A stretch of DNA of 64,000 nt from an uncultured virus (IMG/VR IMGVR_UViG_3300031912_000001) (taxonomy: Duplodnaviria; Heunggongvirae; Uroviricota; Caudoviricetes). The notes beneath the pieces are model-generated. The model made no database searches. It was not told where the DNA came from and saw only the letters and a program-made list of their open reading frames with translations. Below, one piece after another: positions 29,568 to 39,111 of the stretch (positions within the stretch are counted from its first letter, which is position 1; each line of letters starts with the position of its first letter). Position numbers and translations under genes: made by a program. The DNA is taken from the IMG/VR virus record IMGVR_UViG_3300031912_000001; one strand, 5' to 3'.

Positions 29568-31025
29568 TCAGAACGTTGGCGCGGTCAGGCCAGTTATCTC
29601 CACGACCGACTGCGGGTAACGACCTGCCGAGAAGGCCAAATAATTGTATATCTGGAGCAACACGGTCAGGTTAGTTGCCAAGGTCTCCGGCAGCACCCTG
29701 GCCCTGATACCGGATTCCCAAAGCACGAGGTCGCTAGCTCTCAAAACATAAATGATGTCCTGATTTCCGCTTGGCGTTCCCGGTCCGGCGGTCGTCGTGA
29801 TGTTCGGGTCGGTGATCACCGGCAGCCCGTGCATCGTGCCCACGACCTGCTGAGACGCCACGTCCTGCAGGACGCCGGCCGCGTTGAACGGGTTGTTCGC
29901 GTTCGGCAGGAACAGCGGACGCTGCTGGGCGTCCAGCAGGGACAGGAACCATCCCCACCTCACTGGGTGCATGACGATGGCCTCGGGTGGCAGGAAGCGG
30001 GTGGTGTGGACCAACTGGACCGCGTTGGCGATCGCCGAATACACGGTCTGGATGGTCGGCGCCCCCGACAAGGCCACCGTCGAGATGCCGGGGGTGTTGT
30101 TCACACCGAGCACCTGACCGGCGGTGCCGGACCCGGCCAGCACCTGGGTGTCGGTGGAGGCGGCGTGCGCCGCGACCAGGTCGCGGAACACCACATCATC
30201 GAACGCAATGGGGCTCTGATCGATCAACTGAATTGACACGCCTTGCGCGCCGGCGATCGTGCGTACCGGTGCGTTGATGAACGTGTCGGTCAAGTCGGTC
30301 TTGCTGATCGGGGTGTTGTCGGCGGTCTGCACTCCGACGGTGGTTCCGGTGAGCAGCTTCGGAATGTTGATGCTGTCGGTTCCACCGGGCAGCGGCTGGC
30401 GCTGCACGAGGTTCGCGAAAGCCCTTCCGGGCCTTGCCAATTCGATATATTGATCCATTAGCCACGCGGGCGGCACCGCATACCCACCTTGGCCGTCGAC
30501 CCGCGAGATGTCGCGGTATTCCTTGTAGGACTCGTCTTCGGCGACGTCCTGGGCGTGGCGCATCAGCCGACCGCGGGATTCGCCGTCGCCGTCCATGTTC
30601 AGGGTCAGTTTGATGAGATCCTTGACGTAGGAGCGGCGGTTGTTGCCCTTCTGGTAGGTGAGCTGCTCGGTGACCTTGGTGCGGGCGGTTTCGGCGCGCC
30701 GGATTTTGGCGAGGTTCTGCGAGATCTGGCCGGAGCGTTCCACCTCGCCGCGTACCTCGTCGATACGTTCGTCGAGGCCGATGATTTCGGCGCCTTCGGA
30801 CTTCATGTCCTTCATGTATTTGCGGTATTCGGCGTCTTCCTCGGGTTCGAGGTCTTCGCGGCCCTGTTCGCGGGCCAGCAGCAGCACAGCTTCGGCTTTC
30901 TGCTGGGAGCGGGCGCGCTTCTCGGCGGTGTTCTCGCGGCGGCGCAGCAGCTGGCCGAGGAACTCCTCGAGCCCTCCGGCGGCGGGCACCGCGTTGTCGA
31001 CGCGGCGCTCAAGTTGATCTGTCAT
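29568..31025 (-). CDS. major capsid protein (HK97 fold, N-terminal delta domain)
   Basis: Coiled-coil N-terminus, then GGYAVPP, INIPK, VMHP..W and GLPVITD motifs. Confidence 0.92.
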   Translation of the reverse strand: MTDQLERRVDNAVPAAGGLEEFLGQLLRRRENTAEKRARSQQKAEAVLLLAREQGREDLEPEEDAEYRKYMKDMKSEGAEIIGLDERIDEVRGEVERSGQISQNLAKIRRAETARTKVTEQLTYQKGNNRRSYVKDLIKLTLNMDGDGESRGRLMRHAQDVAEDESYKEYRDISRVDGQGGYAVPPAWLMDQYIELARPGRAFANLVQRQPLPGGTDSINIPKLLTGTTVGVQTADNTPISKTDLTDTFINAPVRTIAGAQGVSIQLIDQSPIAFDDVVFRDLVAAHAASTDTQVLAGSGTAGQVLGVNNTPGISTVALSGAPTIQTVYSAIANAVQLVHTTRFLPPEAIVMHPVRWGWFLSLLDAQQRPLFLPNANNPFNAAGVLQDVASQQVVGTMHGLPVITDPNITTTAGPGTPSGNQDIIYVLRASDLVLWESGIRARVLPETLATNLTVLLQIYNYLAFSAGRYPQSVVEITGLTAPTF

Positions 31026-31187
31026 CGAAGTTTCCTTCGTGGTCGGCCCGTTTTTGGGCGTAGAAACATGGGGACGTGGCTCGAGCTGGGCGAATGGTTC
31101 GTCACCGCTTCGCCGCTGGTGGGTTCGTCACCGGCACCTTTGAGCGACTGGGCTGCGTTTCTAGCGGCCAACTAGAACGTGTTGCCT

Positions 31188-31236
31188 GGCGGGATTGTAG
31201 GAGCGGGTTTCCCGTGGTCAGCGGCGCGACACGCCG
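31188..31236 (-). promoter_or_regulatory. putative late promoter CCACGG-N12-TACAAT with GCGACACGCCG element
   Basis: Minus strand CCACGG GAAACCCGCTCC TACAAT; plus-strand GCGACACGCCG at 31226-31236. Confidence 0.65.
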
Positions 31237-31406
31237 TTTGTTAAGCAGTCGTGTCGGGGGATGTCGGCGCCGGGCATCGTTTGGCAGCCGAGCAGGGTCG
31301 CGACCGGTTGTCCGAACATGGCCGCGGTGCGGGCGGTGGGGCAGTCCGCGCGGTGTACCAGTACGCCACCGTTGGTGCCTTCGGTCAGCGCGATGTCGTA
31401 TTCCAT
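31218..31406 (-). CDS. small hypothetical protein (HRADC motif)
   Basis: TGATG overlap with the protease stop. Confidence 0.45.
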   Translation of the reverse strand: MEYDIALTEGTNGGVLVHRADCPTARTAAMFGQPVATLLGCQTMPGADIPRHDCLTNGVSRR

Positions 31407-33145
31407 CAGCTGGCTTTGGGTTTCATCGTGTCGGCGAACCCGCACGCGGCGATCGCGCGTAGCCCCTCGGTGACGGTGATGGTTTCGGGGTCGCCGTATT
31501 CGCGGCGCAGCTCCTCGAGTCTGCGGCTGATGCCGACATCGCGGCCGGGGATGTGCTGCAGATCGCGGACCTGGCGGCGTGCTCGGGCCAGCAGTTTACG
31601 CATGTCGCCGTCGCCGCTGGCCTCGGCCATCTGGTAGCAGGCGACGATGGTGGACTCCAGCGCGGCCGCGAGTGACAGGTCGATCTGGTTGTCCATGTCG
31701 TTGTCGGGTTCCTCCTCGGACGCGTCGTGTTCGCCCTCGTAGTCGGGGTCATCGGGCATGTCGATGGTGCTGTCAGTGTGGTCCCAGTCGCTGCGGCCCT
31801 CGTCGTCATCGTCGTCGTCGTCGCGGCCGCCGCCCTTCTTGAACGGTTTGGCCTGTTTGCCGCCGAAGTTGCCGCCCTGACGCATCTGATCCAGGCCGTC
31901 CATCGCGGTCATATCGCCGCCGTGATCGGGGCAGGTGTCGCCGGGGCACATGTCCCCGCCTGGGCAGACCTCATCGTTGGCGAGCATCCAAAGCGAGTAC
32001 ATCTGTTTGTCGTACGCCTCGTCGTGCGCGTCGTAGCCGCCCTTGGCTCCCACACCCAGGTCGGCGCCCGGTGTGATGTCGGGACGCCCGCCCAGCGTGC
32101 GATCGTACGGGGTTATCTGCTTGTCGTAGCCCTGATCTTGGCCGGTGGAAGCCTTGATGTCGGGGTTCCACACGTACGGCGCGGTGAACGCCCGGTGCCC
32201 CGAACGTGGGGACGACCACGCCTTGGATTCGTCGCCGATCTGCACACCGAACCGTTTGGCGGCGGAGCGGATCTTGCCCATGATCGCCGACTGCTGCTCG
32301 GCGGTGTAACGCTGCTTGTTCTGCGCGAACCGGGCGGCCGCGTTGCGCACCCGCGCCGCGGAGTTCAGCGGGTAGCGTTTCTTGCCGTTGCCGCCCTTGG
32401 CGGGTTTGCCGTCGTTGTCGAGGTATCCGGGGTCGGCGAAGTTGGACACGTCGGCGTACTTTTTCGGGGTTTTCGCTCGCGCGTTGGACAGTGTGTGCAT
32501 GGCGGCCATCACCTTGGTTTGATCCATTTTGCGTATCTCCACCAGATCGGAGTTGGACAGCGACGCCAGCACGTCCACGGCGTCGGACATCATCACCGCG
32601 GTGTTGGGGTTCATCCCGTAATTCACCACGGACACATCGCCCTTATGCAGCGAAACCTCGGTGATCATCCGCTGCGTGTAATCCGAGCTCCAGTCCTGGG
32701 CACGGACATGGAACGCGAAGCTCATCTCGTCGAGCAGCGGTCGGCGGCCCTCGCGGCTCTGCATCTTGGGGGCCAGGCGCTGCACGTCGGGGTCTGAGGG
32801 ATTCAGCTCGGCGCGGATCAACAGCCCGTGGTCGTCGGCGCGCAAGCTCAGGGTGCCGTTTTTAGTGCCGGCGATCGGCAGGCCCTCGTGGTTGATGAGC
32901 AGCATCACGTCGGGGTTGGCGCCCAACGTTTTGTCGAACGCGCGCCGGTCGATCTGCTCGACCCAGCCGCCGGCGCGCACCCCGCCGTGCACGTCGTAGG
33001 CGTGGAACGTGGCGGCGTAGCCCTCGAGCACAAGATGGCCCGACGCGGCGTCGGTGCGCAGCTCCAGCGGGCTGGCCATCCTCCGGGTTTCGCGGATGTC
33101 GAGGATCTTTTCCCGCATGCGACGCTCGTCCAGAGTGGTCGTCAT
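31406..33145 (-). CDS. HK97-family capsid maturation protease with a long C-terminal extension
   Basis: LEGYAATF, LLINHEG, EMSFAF, DVSVV; later KRYPLNSAARVRNAAARF (DUF6582-like). Confidence 0.88.
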   Translation of the reverse strand: MTTTLDERRMREKILDIRETRRMASPLELRTDAASGHLVLEGYAATFHAYDVHGGVRAGGWVEQIDRRAFDKTLGANPDVMLLINHEGLPIAGTKNGTLSLRADDHGLLIRAELNPSDPDVQRLAPKMQSREGRRPLLDEMSFAFHVRAQDWSSDYTQRMITEVSLHKGDVSVVNYGMNPNTAVMMSDAVDVLASLSNSDLVEIRKMDQTKVMAAMHTLSNARAKTPKKYADVSNFADPGYLDNDGKPAKGGNGKKRYPLNSAARVRNAAARFAQNKQRYTAEQQSAIMGKIRSAAKRFGVQIGDESKAWSSPRSGHRAFTAPYVWNPDIKASTGQDQGYDKQITPYDRTLGGRPDITPGADLGVGAKGGYDAHDEAYDKQMYSLWMLANDEVCPGGDMCPGDTCPDHGGDMTAMDGLDQMRQGGNFGGKQAKPFKKGGGRDDDDDDDEGRSDWDHTDSTIDMPDDPDYEGEHDASEEEPDNDMDNQIDLSLAAALESTIVACYQMAEASGDGDMRKLLARARRQVRDLQHIPGRDVGISRRLEELRREYGDPETITVTEGLRAIAACGFADTMKPKAS

Positions 33146-33167
33146 CGTTAACCTCCCATGCTGGTGG

Positions 33168-35588
33168 TTAGGTTCTCATCAGGAAGCCGCGGCCGTTGCG
33201 AGGCGCGCCGTTGGGTGACTGTCCGTCGTGGTCGGATTCGCCGCCGGCGATCGGGGGCATCGGGAAGCTGCCCGGGGTTTGCGGCGGCGGGGGCGGGTTG
33301 TTCGCGGCGGGTGGGAAGGTGGCGGGCATCATGCGGTTGGAGATGTAGAGCTGCTCGCCGCCCTCGATCGGGTCCATTTCCTCCTTCGCGCGGACCTCGT
33401 TGGCGGCGATCCACGGGTTGGCGGTCGAGGAGCCCAGCGCCAGCGCGTACGCCTTGTAGCGGCCCTCGATGTCGCCGCGCAGCAGCGAGTCATAGTCGAA
33501 TTGGCAATACTGCCCGCGGGGCAGACACCGCGAAACCATCGACTCCATGCACGAGGTCCAGGCGCGGAACGTGAAAGTTATTGCGCCCAAAGTGATTTGC
33601 TCCACACCTGTACCCCACGCGGTGGTGTTGTGACTGATGATCCCGTTGGTGACGTGGGTGTGGGTGCCCTCGATCTCGATGCCGACTGTCTGACCGTCGC
33701 CCAGATGCTCGATGGTCTTGACACGGTCGAACTCGAAGACAACTGGTCGGACTTGTTTGCCGGAGCCGGTGAACGCCGCCAACTTCCGCTTCTTAGCCCA
33801 GTGCGCGAGGTCGAGGGTCTGCGCCAGTTTCGCCAACTCGCCTTTGCCTTTCACCCGCAGTTGCCATGCATCGCGGCAATCGGATTCGCCGCCGCGCGGC
33901 ATTGTGCGCCGCCCGCCCCGACTGCCGAGGCACAGTGACGAATTGATGCCCAGCAGCGCCAGCAAGTGCTGGCAGCCTTCAAGCAGTTCGCGGCTGGTCG
34001 ACGCGAAATGCGCGTGCGGCTGCTTGGCGGTAATGGACACGCAGCCGTCGGCATCGAAATAACCGGACAGGAATCCACGCCACGCGGCGGGGCCGCCTGC
34101 CATGACCATGTCGGGAACGAACTTGTCGTGGGCGTGGCTGCCGACGAGACCGGATTCCTTGAGGATGCCGCCGATGACTGAGGTGTGGCCGCTGTTGAGC
34201 AGATCGAAGCTGCGATGTCCACGGAATTTCAGGCTGCCACCAAGGGATTGCACGATGTTGCTCATCCGGGCGATCACGTCAAGATTGGTGTTGGCCCAGC
34301 ACGAGTAGTGCTTATGGTCCATGCGGATGTGCCCGTCGCCGACCATCGAGCCGAGGAAGTAGCCGATATCGCCCGACAGGTGCCCCGTTTCGTCGGGCAG
34401 GTGACCGAGGCCGATACGCACATAGTTGCCTGGTTGAAGATCGCCGGCGTAGAGCCATTCACCATCGGTTGGCAGGGGCCGGTTGCCGGGGCTGCGCAGC
34501 CGCTGGAGACCCAAAATCGGGTGATCCGCCGTGCAGGTCAATTCCCGTCCCCGCACAGTAGTCATCTTGACGATCGGCTTGATCGGTGGCGTACCGATCC
34601 ATGACACTGGTGACGCGACAAGTTTGGAGCCGTCCCACGCCATCACACGATCACCGACGCGCAGATCTTCCACCAGCTTGCGGCTGCCGTCAGCCATCGT
34701 CATCAGAGTGCCCGCTACCACGCATTCTTTCGTGTCTCCGATGAGGATTGGCGGCACCCCGTACATTAAACAAATTTCGCTGCGTTGAAATTGCCTGGTC
34801 GCGAGGAATTGTGATTCTTCCGGGCTAATTGTCAAATTCTGCCATTGGAACCCGTTCGTTAATACCGCCGGTAACCGACGTCCGCCGTGACTCGCGATCC
34901 AATTTTTTTGCTGACGTTCGACAGCTTTCTCGTCGAGATCCTGATCGGTGAACAGAATACCGCTCGGATTTGCGGATTCTTTAAAATACCGGTAACCAAA
35001 CTCTTCGGCGCCCAGGCTCATGCCGATCGCGACGGCGGCCTGCTTGACGGGGCTCAATCCCCACGGTTCGCCGGGCATGGTGAAGCGGCGGATGTGGATC
35101 ATGTCGGCGCGGTTGACCTGCTCGCCCATCACCCGGTAGACCGGCTCGAACCACATCAGGATGTCGGGGCGGCGCTCCAGAAACACGATGTCGGGATGCA
35201 AAGGCAACAAGGAGGTGGGGTTGTTCAGTTTGTCGCGGGACGTGACCAGGTGATAGGAGTTGCCCCGCAACGCCAGGCTGGCTACCACCATCCATTTCCA
35301 CTGGAACAGGTCGAAACCCGGGAAAGGTTCGCGCAGCAAAGCTGGTTGGGGTTTGACTTCCTTCGGGACGCCCTTGGAGTCGCGGCGATACGCCTTCCAC
35401 GGCAGCGAGGCGATCGTGTCGGCCAGCACCCGCACACACGCCAGCACGGTCATACAGGCCATCGCCCGGTGCACACCCAGGTAGTCGTCGATCACCCCGA
35501 CCTGGGGTGGCGGGACGAACGACGAGCTCATCAAGTCGCGTTTCTCCATGCCGTTCTGGCGGCTGGTGAGGCGGGCGAGAATGCTCAC
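33168..35588 (-). CDS. HK97-family portal protein containing an intein
   Basis: ACVRVLADTIASLP, LRGNSY, GLSP, QFLATRQF, NEVRAKEEMDP; likely GTG start at 35588. Confidence 0.92.
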   Translation of the reverse strand: MSILARLTSRQNGMEKRDLMSSSFVPPPQVGVIDDYLGVHRAMACMTVLACVRVLADTIASLPWKAYRRDSKGVPKEVKPQPALLREPFPGFDLFQWKWMVVASLALRGNSYHLVTSRDKLNNPTSLLPLHPDIVFLERRPDILMWFEPVYRVMGEQVNRADMIHIRRFTMPGEPWGLSPVKQAAVAIGMSLGAEEFGYRYFKESANPSGILFTDQDLDEKAVERQQKNWIASHGGRRLPAVLTNGFQWQNLTISPEESQFLATRQFQRSEICLMYGVPPILIGDTKECVVAGTLMTMADGSRKLVEDLRVGDRVMAWDGSKLVASPVSWIGTPPIKPIVKMTTVRGRELTCTADHPILGLQRLRSPGNRPLPTDGEWLYAGDLQPGNYVRIGLGHLPDETGHLSGDIGYFLGSMVGDGHIRMDHKHYSCWANTNLDVIARMSNIVQSLGGSLKFRGHRSFDLLNSGHTSVIGGILKESGLVGSHAHDKFVPDMVMAGGPAAWRGFLSGYFDADGCVSITAKQPHAHFASTSRELLEGCQHLLALLGINSSLCLGSRGGRRTMPRGGESDCRDAWQLRVKGKGELAKLAQTLDLAHWAKKRKLAAFTGSGKQVRPVVFEFDRVKTIEHLGDGQTVGIEIEGTHTHVTNGIISHNTTAWGTGVEQITLGAITFTFRAWTSCMESMVSRCLPRGQYCQFDYDSLLRGDIEGRYKAYALALGSSTANPWIAANEVRAKEEMDPIEGGEQLYISNRMMPATFPPAANNPPPPPQTPGSFPMPPIAGGESDHDGQSPNGAPRNGRGFLMRT
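33627..34724 (-). mobile_element. class 1 intein with LAGLIDADG endonuclease (366 aa) in portal
   Basis: N-end CVVAGT, block B TADHP, FLGSMVGDG and FLSGYFDADG, C-end SHN followed by Thr. Confidence 0.9.
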
Positions 35589-35602
35589 GGGCGCAGTTTC
35601 CC

Positions 35603-36004
35603 CTAGCCGGTGAAGTTTTTGCTGGTCGCCACGCCGAGCAGCACCAGGCACAGACCGGCAATCATCAGGCCCAGCCACAGATGGATCAAAAAGCAGCCCA
35701 CCGAGAACGCGGTCAGCCCCACGATCTCCAGCGCGGTGGAGATGGTTTCGCGCCGGTCCAGCGGTGCCTTGGGTGCCTCGATTGTGCCGACCTGCATCCG
35801 CACCCCGTTGTTGACTTTCAGCGTGAACGGCTCCGGCTCGTCGGGCGCCATGTCCTCGGGTGCGAGGTTCATTTCCTCGGCGTCGGTGACCGCGCGGGCG
35901 TAGTCGATCGCGCCCTGCTGGGTTTTGTCGCGGGCGTCCTGATAAAGCTTGCCGCCGCTGCCGAACGGGACCACGTTCGTGTCGTCGTCATGTGAATCGC
36001 TCAT
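35603..36004 (-). CDS. membrane protein between terminase and portal
   Basis: Two C-terminal hydrophobic helices; common position. Confidence 0.6.
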   Translation of the reverse strand: MSDSHDDDTNVVPFGSGGKLYQDARDKTQQGAIDYARAVTDAEEMNLAPEDMAPDEPEPFTLKVNNGVRMQVGTIEAPKAPLDRRETISTALEIVGLTAFSVGCFLIHLWLGLMIAGLCLVLLGVATSKNFTG

Positions 36005-38582
36005 CGGTTTCCTTCCGCCACTTGTCGATCGTGTCGTCGTCGGGCCAGTCCCACACCGTCGGATCACCCACGATGGGAGGCGGGTTGTTCAGCAGCCACA
36101 CCGCGCCGGCGCACGCCACCAGCGGGGCGGCGTCCACCGGGGAGTGGCGCCGGTCGAAAAACCAGGCGTCGCCGATCGTGCGGGCCACCGTGGAGGCGGC
36201 CGCGCGGTCCAACACCTGCGCCGGGCGGTGCGCGATGGTGCCGTCGACGATGCCGTCGTAGAACTCGCCCGCGCCGGCGGCCAGCTGCGCGACCGGGCCG
36301 CCCCAGTCGGTGATCGTGATCCCGGCCGCGCGTAGGTCGTCGGCCAAACCCGACGCCGGGGCGCCGGTCTTCTGAATGCAGATCCCCGCGAACTTATCCT
36401 TGCGCGCGGTGAGCCAGCCGGTGATCCAGTCGGTGCCCTTCCCGGGGGTTTTGACGACCTCGATGTGGATCTTGTCGTCGGCGCGCCGCGCGGCCACCGC
36501 GATATAGGCGCGGGTGCGGTGATAGTTCAGGTCGACACACGCGTACACCGGGGCGTCCTCGGCGCGGAATGATTGTTTGTCGATGGTGTCGTTCCACGCC
36601 TGCGCGGGAATGATTCCCGGTTTGAGCGCATCCACCCACTGGCAATTTGCGGTAGGAATCAGGTCACGTCCCGCGAGGAACAGGCTGTCTGGGCTGTCTA
36701 CGGTGAGGCAGCGGGTCGGTCGGCTCGTTACAGGAGTGATAGCGCGAATGCTGATGGCGGTGCGCTCACCTGCCCGTGAGCGCGAATCGTGGATCAGCGC
36801 GGCCTTCCGCAGCAGCCGGAAGGGCTGCATGCCGCTGGCGGTGAAGCAGACCATGTACGCGGTGCCGTTATGCGACGGCACGAAGGTGGCGCGCTGCCCT
36901 AGGCTGCGGGCCAAATACAGCACCGATTCGGCCAGTTGTTTGTTGGTGTTGCAGAACCGCACCCGGTTGGCGGCGTCAATGCTGCCGTCGGTGTCGAGTA
37001 AACCTTGGAGCAGAGCCAGCCGTTGCTCCGTCCCGGCCGTCAGATAACGCTCGGGAACGTGTTTGTTGCGCCAGACGCCGATCTCTTTGGCGCGGTAGGT
37101 GAATCCGTCGTGAGACCAGGGTGGCGCGAGGTTCAGGCGGATGTACTGAGCAGTCCGGCCATTGGGGGTGATCGAGGTGGGGATGCCCAGCGCGGCGCGC
37201 ATACCGTCCACATCTGCGTCCGCGCAGGTGATCTCAGGCTTACTCGCCGTTCCGTCGCCTAGCCATGCGCCGAGAACGTAGGGATCGAGCGGAAGTTCCA
37301 CCGGCTTGCTGACGAGTTGGTGCTGGTCCGGCAGCCGGTAGGCATATCTGCCGCCAGTCCGATTGCGGGTCACACCTTTCTCTAGAAGCTGCTGTGTGGT
37401 CAGCGTCTCCCAGCCCCGGTTGCTGCGGCGGTCGTTCACCAGCCACCGATGGTCGGCGTCAGCGATTACCGTTCGACCGTCGGTGGTCGTCACCTCGAAA
37501 CACGGCCTGTCATCGAACACGTCCGTGGCGCCCAGAATCTCGACCGGGTGGCCACCGGGATGGAACACCTGGTCGCCGGGTGCGGCTGTCCCTATCGTTT
37601 TCCACCCGGTCGTGGTGAGCACCGGTGTATCGACATCTAGGGCGAGGTACTCGGTGCGGAAGCCAGCCATGTCCTCGGCTTCCATGTTCTCGAAATGCGC
37701 CCGCAGATCATCGAGCGAAAAGTCGTTGAGCAGCCCCATCGCCGGGTTCGCCAAATACCAGTACCGGTCGTCGCGCGGGTCCACATCGTCGGGCACCGAC
37801 CATTCGAAAAACCCGGTCTGGGTATCCAACGTGTCACCGACGGTGATCTTGCGGACCGCGGCCTCACGCAACCCGCGCAAAACCACACTGCGCAGATCCC
37901 CCGCATTCGAGGTGGCCAGCACCTGCGAACACGGGCGCACCGTGGTGGTCGGGGTGACCGCCCGCCACGCCTCGTTGCTGGTGTGCTCGCGGATCTCGTC
38001 GAGCCACGCGAAATCCACCGACAGCGACCGGCCACCCTTACGCGAGCTGGTGGCCGCGCGCCAGTTACGCCGATACGTCAGGATCGCGCGTTGCTTGCCG
38101 TTGGTGAGGTGGTGATGCAGCAGCTCACGGGCCAGCAGCGGATGATCACGGATGGTGTCGACCACCTCGGTCAAGGTGGCCTCGGCGTAGTCCAGGTTCT
38201 GGGCGGCGACCACCGCGAGTTTGGCGGCCGGCCACCTGGGGTGCGGGCGGCCCTGGCGGTCCATGAACAGCCGCCATATCCCCAGCCCCTTACCCCACGT
38301 GGTTTTCCCGTTTTGCCGGGCTACCAGAATGACCAGGAAGCGGAACCTGAATCCTGTTCCGTCCCTTCGTTTTTCCAGCGCCCGGTAGTACAGCCATTTC
38401 TGCCACGGCAAAAGGTGCCAGCCGAGGATGACCTCGAGGAAGTAGCAGCATTGCCAGCCCCAGCTGGCTTCGGGTTTGATGCCGAACTTGGCGTCGGGGT
38501 CGGCGTGCTCGGGCAGCGGCGGGGTGAACAACCGGGGAAGGGTTGACCCGACCCGCGGATCGACGTCGACGACAGCGCTCAC
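35988..38582 (-). CDS. terL: terminase large subunit containing an intein
   Basis: Walker A VARQNGKT, Walker B WLDEIRE, TSNAG motif, nuclease CVD...VDAA; GTG start at 38582 (GTGA overlap). Confidence 0.93.
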   Translation of the reverse strand: MSAVVDVDPRVGSTLPRLFTPPLPEHADPDAKFGIKPEASWGWQCCYFLEVILGWHLLPWQKWLYYRALEKRRDGTGFRFRFLVILVARQNGKTTWGKGLGIWRLFMDRQGRPHPRWPAAKLAVVAAQNLDYAEATLTEVVDTIRDHPLLARELLHHHLTNGKQRAILTYRRNWRAATSSRKGGRSLSVDFAWLDEIREHTSNEAWRAVTPTTTVRPCSQVLATSNAGDLRSVVLRGLREAAVRKITVGDTLDTQTGFFEWSVPDDVDPRDDRYWYLANPAMGLLNDFSLDDLRAHFENMEAEDMAGFRTEYLALDVDTPVLTTTGWKTIGTAAPGDQVFHPGGHPVEILGATDVFDDRPCFEVTTTDGRTVIADADHRWLVNDRRSNRGWETLTTQQLLEKGVTRNRTGGRYAYRLPDQHQLVSKPVELPLDPYVLGAWLGDGTASKPEITCADADVDGMRAALGIPTSITPNGRTAQYIRLNLAPPWSHDGFTYRAKEIGVWRNKHVPERYLTAGTEQRLALLQGLLDTDGSIDAANRVRFCNTNKQLAESVLYLARSLGQRATFVPSHNGTAYMVCFTASGMQPFRLLRKAALIHDSRSRAGERTAISIRAITPVTSRPTRCLTVDSPDSLFLAGRDLIPTANCQWVDALKPGIIPAQAWNDTIDKQSFRAEDAPVYACVDLNYHRTRAYIAVAARRADDKIHIEVVKTPGKGTDWITGWLTARKDKFAGICIQKTGAPASGLADDLRAAGITITDWGGPVAQLAAGAGEFYDGIVDGTIAHRPAQVLDRAAASTVARTIGDAWFFDRRHSPVDAAPLVACAGAVWLLNNPPPIVGDPTVWDWPDDDTIDKWRKETDERFT
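36645..37643 (-). mobile_element. class 3 intein with LAGLIDADG endonuclease (333 aa) in terminase
   Basis: Starts Ala (ALDVDTP); WCT triplet (ADADHRW, TRCLTV, IPTAN); +1 Cys; LGAWLGDG and LQGLLDTDG. Confidence 0.88.
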
Positions 38583-38767
38583 TTGACGTGCCTGGCGTAG
38601 CGGTCGAAAGCCTGGTCGTCCTTGGCGGTCCAATGCAACGAGGCCAGCACCTCGCGGGCGGCCTGGGTTTCCCGCGCCTCGGTGACCGCGTCGGCGACCA
38701 GCTTCCTCACCGGAGCGGTCACCCACACCCACAGCGCGTCCAGCGCGTCGCACAGCAGCCTGCGCAC
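38579..38767 (-). CDS. hypothetical protein
   Basis: Leaderless GTG after the promoter motif; coupled to terL. Confidence 0.5.
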   Translation of the reverse strand: MRRLLCDALDALWVWVTAPVRKLVADAVTEARETQAAREVLASLHWTAKDDQAFDRYARHVK

Positions 38768-38827
38768 GCGTCAATCGTCGCGCCAGGTTTTCCGTGGCCT
38801 AAGTCAAGGACATTCGCGGCGTGTCGC
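38768..38827 (-). promoter_or_regulatory. putative late promoter CCACGG-N12-GACGAT
   Basis: Minus strand CCACGG AAAACCTGGCGC GACGAT TGACGC GTG; GCGACACGCCG upstream, in the opposite orientation to the other two sites. Confidence 0.6.
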
Positions 38828-39111
38828 CTATATGATGGGCCGCTCCAAGGCGGTATAGACGGCGACGAAATCGAACCGCAGATAGGGTCCTTCGCTGCCG
38901 GCGCGCACGTAATGCGCGTATTTCGGGTCCAAGGTGCGACTGGCGGGGATGTTCATGGATTCGGTGGACTCGGGCACGTCATCGATGATCCGGCCGTCGA
39001 CGGGTCCGCCGCGCAGGATCGCGTTCATTGATGTCTGCGTTTCTGCAAAGCGGCGACCAGGAAATACAGCAGCAGCAGCCCGGCGAGCACACCGACCGCG
39101 GCGCTAGCCAT
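38828..39111 (-). CDS. two small proteins (38828..39028 with a GGPxDG motif; 39025..39111 a single-TM peptide)
   Basis: Overlapping start and stop codons. Confidence 0.45.

Noticed and set aside
38583..38774. Extended N-termini in the ORF track (terminase 38774, portal 35678, minor tail 7078, methyltransferase 44252)
   Set aside because: They overlap upstream genes; downstream starts with stop/start coupling or better spacing are more plausible.
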